Positions 54,480 to 64,000 of a stretch of 64,000 bases of DNA are shown in pieces. The notes under the pieces were generated by a model, which was not told the DNA's origin, made no database searches, and worked only from the letters and a program-made list of their open reading frames with translations. Position numbers and translations under genes: made by a program. Origin of the DNA: Octopus vulgaris (Eukaryota); NCBI GenBank assembly GCA_951406725.2, contig OX597819.1, forward strand, positions 15,686,001-15,750,000, read 5' to 3'. How positions within the stretch are numbered: the stretch's first letter is position 1; every line of letters begins with the position of its first letter.

Positions 54480-56204
54480 CATACACACACACACACACAC
54501 ACACTATGTATTCTAAAAATGGGGTAAACATAGTATAAAGTAAAATTTGGTTGGATTTGAACATAGTGTGCAGAAAACTAAGAGGTACTACAGGATATTC
54601 TGACCCTTTAATGATTCTGCCTGTTTACCTGTAATTGTGTATGTGTACATGTGCATGTGTGCACATACCCACAAACACTGAGTGGGCTACCCTTGGGGGT
54701 GTATGGGTTTCTCCCTGATCAATCTGAGACAGGGTTACTGAGTAGCCCAAACCCACCCTCATCTAAAATGTTCTTTTATGCCTTTCACGCAACCAAAACC
54801 CATTCTTTATAATTCTCCTTCCCCTTCTGGTCTACTCACACCTGAAATGCAACAAACACAGCCCACAACACCTGGAGTTAGTTACCCATCAGTGCTGCTG
54901 CCTTAAAAGATGCCCTCCATCACTAGTTCCCTTTCTTGTTCTCTCTACTGGAATCTACTCCAATCTTTGGGAATACAAAACTGTGTCCCTTCCCACCAAG
55001 AGTAACCACTTTGACCTGAAAACCATTAATCTTTCTACAAATGCTCAACCTTTCATTCTCTTATTTCTCATCACAACTCCTTTCACTTATATAACTTTAC
55101 TGAAACTGCATCACAAAGGTTAGGGTCATTCTTTATAGCCAGGAACCATCCAGTCCTTCCTAATCAGTTGTTATGACTACAAAAACTAACCATATGGGAG
55201 TACTGTTCACACCCAAGAGCCTGTGCTGATGTTATGCATAAACAACTTGGACCAACAGCTGTTTCTTCTCTCTGCCTTTTCTATCAAAAAAATATTCCCT
55301 GCTTCTTTCAGCTAGTGAGCTGAATACCTTACCTTGCCTACCTTGGCCTGACACAATAAACTTGATGAGAGGAGGAGATACAGGTGGATAGGGTAAGTTA
55401 GGGTAGATAGAGTATCCAGTTTGTTAATTGAGAGAAGCTGGATATATTTTAGTGATGGAAAAGAGAAAAAAAACAACTGTTGGTCCAAAATGTTTGTATG
55501 CAGCAGCAGTACTGTCCTTCGGATGTGAACAGTACCATAATGTGCTTCTTTCTTTTATCATTTAACCAGCTTACATGAGTCAGAGGAAACTTGTTGAGGT
55601 AGATTTTTCTATAGCCAGGTGTTCTTCTTATTATCAATCCACATGCATGCAGATATTTATTCTTTTTTTAAGAATTAACGTGCAAATGGCTGAGCACTCC
55701 ACAGACACATGTACCCTTAACGTAGTTCTCAGGGAGATTCAGTGTAGCACAGGTACTACTCACTACTCGTTTTTGCCAGCTGAGTGGGCTGGAGCAACGT
55801 GAAATGAAGTGTCTTGCTCAAGGACAATGCGTCACTAGGAATTGAACTCATGACCTTACGTACAATCATGAGCTGAATACCCTAACCACTAAGCCACACA
55901 CCTTCACACATCAGTCTCTTTTGCTGAACCACTAAGTTATGGGTACATAAACACACCAGCATCAGTTGTCAAGCGATGGTGGACACACACACACATATGA
56001 CAGGATTCTTTCAGTTTCCATCTACCAAATCCACTCACAAGGCTTTGACTATAGTAGAAAACACTTGCCTAAGGTGCCACGCAGTGGGACTGAACTTGGA
56101 ACCATGTGGTTGGTAAGCAATTTACTTACCACACAGCCACTCCTGCATCTTGTTGGCGATTTTCTTTCTCCGTCTTTTCTTCCTTGGTACTTTCCTTTTT
56201 CTAT

Positions 56205-56239
56205 GTTTCTGACGAAGAGCTCCGCTCGAAACGTTAAAT
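56205..56239 (+). ncRNA. Minimal type I hammerhead ribozyme motif
   Basis: gttt-CTGACGA-A-gagc-tcc-gctc-GAAA-cg-TT-aaat: intact core, stems I and II pair, stem III reduced to palindromic AACGTT. Confidence 0.6.
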
Positions 56240-56471
56240 CCTCTTTCTTTCCTTTCCTGAGCGTCCAATAACACTATACTTGTTCTACGTCCTCGCGTTG
56301 TTGTGTTTTCTCTTTGTTCATGTTTAGAGTAACTATATATATATATATATATATATAAATATATGCAAAACACTTAAGATTCAAATGTATTCAAATGAAT
56401 ATGGTACTTAACTTAGATGCACCAGAATTCTTTATGGTATTAACCATAAAATTATGTGGGGTGATTATAAC

Positions 56472-56669
56472 CAAGAAAAAAGTAACAAGAATGGATCAGT
56501 AGTTTAGTACAATTGTTTCATACTAAGAACATTTTATTTAAAGCTGCAAATATTACAGCAAATATACTTGACATTATATTTGCTGTAATATTTGCAGCTT
56601 TAAATAAAATGTTCTTAGTATGAAACAATTGTACTAAACTACTGATCCATTCTTGTTACTTTTTTCTTG
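56472..56669. repeat. Perfect palindrome: 95-bp arms, 8-nt loop
   Basis: 56472-56566 is the reverse complement of 56575-56669; loop CTTGACAT. Confidence 0.95.
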
Positions 56670-56689
56670 TATATAAATATATGTGTATG

Positions 56690-56726
<37 letters not shown>

Positions 56727-57222
56727 GTGTGTATGTATATATATATATATGTGTATGTATGTATGTATGTATATATAAACAAAGCATGGACAGGAATGAA
56801 AATAACAGAAAACTGGTCAAAGACAGGAATGGAAGGTTGTGTTCTCTTGGTGTGCCCCTGTGTGTATAAAGGTGTGATAGTATAGTAATGGTACTGTGAG
56901 GTGGTAGAAGTTCTGTGTGGTAGTATGATGGTGTTGTAATGGTGAATATGATGTGGAGACGATCTCCTGCTCTGCTGTCAGTCAAGCATAACTGCTGTTC
57001 TTTTAGGAAATGAAGAATTGTAAGAAAATCTGTGTATGTGTCTTGTTTTTGGTGTGCAAGTTTCTAAGTAAAAAAGTGTTAGCTTGTCTCAGTCTAATGT
57101 ATGCGTGTGTGTAGTGTTAGTTTGTTGTTTGTATATATTTGTTTTTTGTGTATATGTCTTTTTATTTTTTTCATGTAAGTCTTTAAGTGAAAGTGTTAGC
57201 TTGCGTAAGTGTTTCTGTTTAA

Positions 57223-57260
<38 letters not shown>

Positions 57261-58332
57261 TTCTTGTCTGGCATAAATGTATGTTTTCTGCATATATACG
57301 TTATTGTGTTCCTTTATTGTTTTAACATCTGTTTTTTTTTTTGTTTTCTTGTTAGTTTGCCTGAGTAGCTCTGAAACTCATTGAAAAAAATAACAAACAC
57401 ACACACACATTCGCGTGAATGTGCCCGCACCACACATACAACCACCACTACTATTACTACACATAAGCATAAAGGTACATAACACACATACATAACAGTA
57501 CATGCTACAGCCACACTACTCAAACACATACACACACCACTTTTACACACATATAACTCTTACACATATAGGACTTGACAAACACACACACACACACAGG
57601 CTATACACAAGCAGGAATACATTAGTAGTCCACACACACACACACACGTGCCATACATAACACAGTAACAATATAGAGACACATTTTGAACATTCCATGT
57701 AAGCAGGAGACCAGATCTTTCAGGTAGTTTTTCTTAAAAGTACATCTAATTAGTTTATGTATCTTTGTGTTGGCACCTCTTAAATAGTTTGGCTCTGTAG
57801 TCTTTGCCGTTAAATTCGATAGACTGGGAGCAGCTTGCTTTAGCAGGGCACAGGGAAGAAAGGTTTACTGAGGCAAACCTAAACTGTCGTAGCACCACCA
57901 GCAGGCCTGTGGAGTCAGAATCGAATACGGTCGGTCGGTCGTTCAATTATTGGAGTTAAAGCCAGAGTTGGGAAGAATGAACTTACTCCAACTTAGATTC
58001 AGTGTGAATTTTAATGTCATCGTCATCATCATCATCATCACTTTTTAATACTTCCATGTGTCAGGTGGATTTTGTTGAGGTAGATGCCCCTCCTCTCATC
58101 AATCCTCACCTATTTCCAAGTAAGGTGATATTTCCTATGACCAGGCATGGTTTCCATGGTTGAATGGAATCGAGCAACATTTCTTGTATGACAGTGAGGC
58201 TCGCTTGCAACCATCACGTGGTGCCAAAACAAAGGCATACATAAACACACACATGCATGCACACATGTGCAAACACATACATGCTTATACCCCCCCCCCC
58301 CACACACAATAGGCTTCTTTCATTGTTTACCT

Positions 58333-58595
58333 TATTTACATTTGACGGATATTTGTCCTCATCTTGTTTGTTGTTAACACAACATTTCGGCTGATATACC
58401 ATCCACCCTTCATCAGATGTCTTGGGGAAATTTTGAACTTGGGTTTTCATTCCTAAGGTATTTTTCGATGTTGTTGTTGTTGTTGTTGTTATTATTATTA
58501 TTCCCACAGGCATATGCCATAGTAGTTAAGAGCGCAGGCTACTAACCCCAAGATTCTGAGTTCGATTCCAGGTAGTAACCTGAATAATAATAATC

Positions 58596-58625
<30 letters not shown>
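58333..58625. mobile_element. Second copy of the tRNA-head plus hammerhead element, head inverted
   Basis: Tail with CTGATGAA..cagccGAAA on minus (58333-58502); tRNA head on plus (58509-58583) followed by (AAT)n. Confidence 0.65.
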
Positions 58626-58626
<1 letters not shown>

Positions 58627-59098
58627 GTGGGCCGTTTGTTAAGTTTACCACCTAACATATCAAGAATAAAACGGTACTATGAAGCAGAGGTGTGTACTAC
58701 ATCTACCTAGCACCCGTTAAATAGGTATGAAGTGATGCTCTTGAAGTGGGTGCTGTGTTAAACCTGTCACTCTGTGAACTAAGGATGAAGAAGTCTACCT
58801 GCTACCCATCAAACCAAGGACGAGGTGATTCTGCTAAACTGGATGGTGTGTTGTGCCTGTTGCCCAAAGCTTCTTACAGTTTGGTTCAGTTGAGAACATT
58901 ATCCAGAAATGAAGTGGCAGGAAGCTATGTCTGAAGCATAAAAGTTTTTTTTTATCTGTACACTTTGGTCAAGTGGTCACATAGAGCTTCTCTCATTGAT
59001 TCAATATGTCCTTTAGTTGGCTGGTATCATTATCCTTATCTAGGTCTATATAGATGGACTTGCTGACAACAAGAGGTAGCCATGTTGTTCGTTTAGAT

Positions 59099-59618
59099 CA
59101 GGGGTTGCCAAACTCTTTTGATCATCGACCTCCTTTAGCCACCTCTCCTTCCACATCAACTACCCACCTCATTTAAAATATTTCAATACCCTACCATACC
59201 ATATCTTAAATGTGTACCGGGTACTGATGCTGGCAATTAAAATGTTAACTAAAATATACATGTAAGACAAATTAAGAAATTCTATTGATGATGACACACT
59301 TTTTATATTTAAAACTACACGTACGAGTATACAGTATTAAACTTTTACGAGTACACAGTATTAAACTTTCAATTTTTATGAAATTGTTTTTACGGTTAGA
59401 AAATGTGAAAAACTCATTTAATTGCTGGAATATCTTTTATTGAAAATGACATCAATGTAAAGGATGGGCATGGCGCTGTCTAAGTATTTCAAGCAGTTCA
59501 TCTGGGTGAGCTGGTCTTTCACATGCTGACCCCCATTCGATCCTTTGGCTGTCATCAAGTCCCTTTAATTCCTCGTCTACCCCTTGGGTGTCCCCCGAAC
59601 CCTCTTTGGTGACCCCTG
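59099..59618. mobile_element. hAT-type non-autonomous DNA transposon (MITE, 520 bp)
   Basis: TIRs CAGGGGTTGCCAAA / TTTGGTGACCCCTG; 8-bp TSD GTTTAGAT / ATTTAGAT. Confidence 0.8.
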
Positions 59619-60374
59619 ATTTAGATTATCAGAGTCTAACAAACACTCTACAGTGCTTAAGCCACTTTGGGGCATTCCTCCTTTAATCTCTTCCACTGCA
59701 ACTACAATGGCCTCTGCTCTTCTTCAGGACGACAAGCAGAATATTCTTTAGTTCCTTAGTTTGTTTTAACAAGACCATGCTGGAGCACTATCATCATGTG
59801 TACCTACTCTGTCTGTCTCTTCGCGACTACCGGCATGATGAGGCACTTTACCCAATCCTTTTACCTCAGGACATAAATCCTACTGGAATTCTTTATCTGC
59901 CTTATTATATGACTCCCCATCTCTACCTAGTCTCCAATAATTCAAATAGAATATTTGGCTGACCCAGATATCTGCTATTCCTCCCCCCCCCCGTACCCCA
60001 GCATTAGGCCTTGAGTTCTTATGCAGGCTATGGGCACTGTCCCGGCTCCTCTACTAATTTCTATCTTCTATCTATGTCTACTATAATCACCAGTAGGATG
60101 GGTTGACACACTTTAATAGTATATTATTGCTCTACATTCCTCCCTTCCACCCTCCCCCATTCTCTCTCTCTCTCTTTTCTAGTCTTTCTTTTCTTCTTTT
60201 CTTTTCTCCCTCCCTTCTACCTCATTTTCTTGTTTTCTTCTCTTTCTTTCCCTTTCTTTCTTCCTTTCATTCATTTTTCTTATCCTCTTTCATAAAAACT
60301 CTTGGTATTGACTTGGTCCTTTTGAAGTGGCGCCACTGTGGTGGTGGAATATGGTAGTCATTGTAGTGGTGGTG

Positions 60375-61300
60375 GTGTTGTTTAGCCCTTGGTAAGCTCT
60401 GATCAAGTAGACCTGTGATCATTAAGACTTTAGCCTTGAGCACTCTGCCTCTTTATATACCTCGGACTTCATTTCTTCAGATAGCCAGATGTAATTTGAG
60501 GTAATTTGGCTGCTATTTCTAGCAAGTGAAGTGACTAGTGATGATAGTGATGGTGGTAGTGTTGGCTATGATGTTGGTGGTGGTGGTGGTGTTGGCTGTG
60601 TTGTTGTTGTTGGTGGTGGTGGTAGTGCTGGTCACACAGAACTGGTTTTACTTCTTGTCACTACATAATTACAGATGTGGAGCTCATACATATTTTAGCC
60701 CTAACACCAAATTTCATCAAATTCTACCCCCCTCTCCACCCTGTCTCATTTACCATAGCAAGCAGTCTAGTCTAGTCTTGTTATTCATTCTATTGTCATT
60801 TGGTACCAGGCAGTTATGAGTTCAAATCCTGTCTGAGTCAACTTTTATTCACCTGCCAAAATAAGAAAATTAAGAACGGGTTTTTTTAGTTTTAGGTCAT
60901 CCCTAATCAAGCAGACCTATGTTCAAAAAGCATTCCACTTGTGGCCATCCCATTTTTTTGAAAGGTGCCTTAGACTAGATTATCTATAATTATCTCATGT
61001 GTTCTTTTCTTTTTTAAAGACTTCGGAATGTGACAAATAGGGGGATTTAACTGCTGTTTCTTCAAAACTAAATCAGCCATGTAGAGGAAACTTCATTGGC
61101 ATTAGTTGTTGTTTAGCCCTAGGTCAGCCATGATTGAGCTGGCCTATGATCAAAGTCATTTCAACCAAGTCCAACTTGTCCTTTTAGGGGTATATAAGAT
61201 TATATTATTCATTGTGTCCTCCATTATTAAAGGCAGTTGGGTGTAATTTGAGAGAGGTTTCGTTGTTGTTTCTTGCAAGTCAAACAACCACTTTATAGGG
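60375..61300 (+). mobile_element. Several old copies of dispersed repeat family D
   Basis: GTTGTTTAGCCC..CTGATC..AGACCT.TGATCAA..GATTT..CTGCTATTTCTAGCA recurs at ~9300-9740, 30695-30920, 45200-45930, 46720-47130, 49655-49830. Confidence 0.55.
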
Positions 61301-61745
61301 CTCCTTTATTGCTTCATATGAGAGCCTATAATTGTATATTACTACTCTGTTCTCCTTCCACCCCCCCAATTCCCTTTTCCTTTTTCCTTCCCTTCCTTTC
61401 TACCCCTCTTTCTCTCTCCTTTCTGCCCCCCCTTCTTCTGCCTCTCCCTTTCTTTTGCCATACCTTTGGTCTTTGGTCTTGTAAAATCAAAGCTAAACTG
61501 GGGGTCAAACAAAAAACACCAGCAGTGGAGTGTAATTTGAGAGAGATACAGATTTGTAGGAGAATGATTGAGTAAAAAAAAAATATTTAGCGTGTTGGTT
61601 TGAGCTGGGCAAACCGTGGTAAGCAGTTTGTTAGTCTAGAAGAGTAGAAGCTGTAATAGTAGTGGTAGAAAGAGAAGCGAGAGGACACTGTGTGTTTGTG
61701 AGAAAGTGTCCATAGTGGATACTTGTCAGTCAGCTCAGTGACCCT

Positions 61746-61789
<44 letters not shown>

Positions 61790-62276
61790 ACTACCCCAAA
61801 TAGGTTAAGAGTATTCCAGTATGGATCCCTATGCTCTCTGGAAGGTTAATAACTAATCAGAGGCTGTGTCCTTGAAAAGAGAGTTTGTGAGGTAGTTTTG
61901 GCTCTGATATATATGTGTGATGTTATCAGAGATTGTACATGGGTGCAGGAGTGGCTGTGTGGTAAGAAGCTTGCTTCCCAACCATATGGTTCCGGGTTCA
62001 GTCCCACTGCATGACACCATGGGCCGACCAAAGTCTTGTGACTGTACTTGGTAAATGGAAACTGAAAGAAGCCTGTCATATATATATATATATATATACA
62101 CGTTTATATATTTGTTGTGCAAGATTTTTTATGTGAAGTTGTGTGCTGAAACAGATATTGTTATATTTCGGAATGGTCATCTTGCCAGTTTAGCCAATAA
62201 AAACACATGCACTATGTATTTGGTGTTACTTTGCTTCAGTGTTATTTATTTTTTACATTAATCTTAATCTTATTTC

Positions 62277-62321
62277 GGCCAGAGTTCTTTCGTCACACTC
62301 CTGTGACCGCATCAGTGGTCC
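62277..62321 (-). ncRNA. Degenerate minimal hammerhead motif
   Basis: cca-CTGATGCG-gtcac-aggagt-gtgac-GAAA-gaac-TC-tgg; perfect 5-bp stem II, one core substitution. Confidence 0.4.
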
Positions 62322-64000
62322 TTTGTTTTCTTCTTTCTTATTTGTGTCTCTCCTGTAATATTTGTATCTTCTGTTTATATACGTTCATGTAATTTGTTTT
62401 TGTTGTTGTTGTTTTTGTTTATTCTTATTTTGTTCATGTGTTTACATCCACTTATTATTATCATTACATATGCTTGTATGTATGTATGTATAACAACAAT
62501 ACTAGTAATAATAATAATAAATCGAAAAAAAAATAATATAGTTATTTATTTCTATTTGTTTATTTATCTGTGTATTTATTATGTTTTCGGGATCCTCTAC
62601 TGTCATATGTTGTGGTGTGTGCTAGTGTTCCATTCTAGTTTCCTATTCAGGCTAGGTTTATTTTCTATTATGTGTGTAGCTTCTGTAATTTGTCTGATTG
62701 TTGCATCTGTTCTATGTGTGGACAATATTTTAATTTCTATGTTGTTGATTGATCCCCTGTGTTCCTATTTGAACCTCCTTCTCCACTGCCGCCACCACAG
62801 CAGCATTTTGTCTGTCTTTATCTTCAGAGTTCAAATTCTGCCAAGGTCGACTTTACCTTTCGTCCTTTCAGGATCAAAAAATACTAGAACTCTTTGAGTG
62901 CTGGGGGTCAAAATAATTGACCTCCCCTCCTCCAAAATTGCTGGCTTTGTGTCAAAATTTGAAACCAATATTAAATTGGTGTTTGGAACACAACATAAAA
63001 TTTGATTGGGGTCTCTTTTAAAACAGAAAATTTGTATTGCTTAAGCAGGGCTGGTCTTAGGCGGGTTGGCCTCAAAGAGTTAATTTAGGCCAAGAGATGC
63101 AGCACGTATTCTTTGCTGTTTATTGCATTGATAATAAACAGAGGGGCACATACATAAAGATATAATTACATACTTACACATATACAACTACTCGCACACA
63201 TACACAATTACATACACAGTAACAGACACATACAGTTGCAGACATGCACAAGCCAACAAACATTACTGCACACATGCACTCATACACATAGACACACACA
63301 AGCATACTGGTGCAACCTGACCTGTATACACGGTTACACACACACACAGTACTATGCATACTCACACATACAGACTATTATACATGCCTACACACACACA
63401 CACACACACACACCTCTTCCAACATTAAACTAGCCAAGCAGACCCCTGTACTTACCCCTCCTTCACACTCATGTTCTCTCTCTCTTATTTTATGTTAAAA
63501 ACTATAATTACATCAATTCAATTGTGTTAACATTGTAATATATATTTATATTTTAGATTGTGTGTTTGTGTGTGTGTGTGCCTGCCTATGTTTACCTGGA
63601 AAGAATCCTGTTATCTGTATACATGTAATAAATACTCCATACCATCATCATCACCACATCTGTTTTTCCATACTGGTATGAGTTTCTATGGCTGGATGCT
63701 CTTCCTGTCAACGACTCTTGTTTTTCAACTAAAGTATTTTATTTCACTGGCCCTCTGATAAATCTGTTGAACTTCCTTATTTTTGTTGTAAAAAATGTCA
63801 CGTTTGTGCCCAAATGATATTGAAAGAGATGCAAACATGCTGGCTTCCATATATATATATATATGTATATAGGTGCAGGTGTGGCTGTGTGGTAAGTAAC
63901 TTGCTTACCAACCTCATGGTTCCAGGTTCAGTCCCACTGCGTGGCACCTTCGGCAAGTGTCATCTACTATTGTCTTGGGCCGACCAAAGCCTTGTGAGTG

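Noticed and set aside
54700-55330. Possible host exons here and at ~32410-32940, 44350-44480, 59640-59960
   Set aside because: Only faint, stop-riddled RT-like words (e.g. EYCSH, WLECL..R...VMVN); most likely very old LINE debris, too decayed to annotate.
58509-58583. Functional tRNA gene
   Set aside because: A and B boxes are present but there is no proper acceptor stem; it is a SINE head, as at 1420-1497.

Overview
AT-rich, microsatellite-dense eukaryotic DNA. The repeat landscape suggests a coleoid cephalopod, probably Octopus (inference). The only host gene I can support is the first coding exon (SH3 plus kinase N-lobe through HRD) of a mixed-lineage kinase (MAP3K9/10/11, slipper-like) at ~38543-39533 (+). 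It is preceded by a ~3 kb SINE-free, uORF-containing putative leader and followed by an intron running past the window end. The rest is mobile DNA: (i) a nearly intact ~4.3 kb CR1-group LINE (-) inside a (TA)-rich microsatellite, whose ORF1 combines a Myb/SANT-like domain, polyQ and two CCCH fingers, and whose APE-RT ORF2 is broken by a single frameshift; (ii) a decayed mariner, mariner- and hAT-type MITEs and Helitron-like elements; (iii) RTE, R4-like and other LINE fragments; (iv) many tRNA-derived SINEs; (v) three minisatellites; (vi) several families of short, often self-inverted elements carrying minimal hammerhead-ribozyme motifs of the Penelope-like type, one of them fused to a tRNA-type Pol III head. 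Most long ORFs in the supplied track are microsatellite artefacts. Family assignments come from motif recognition by eye, not database searches.
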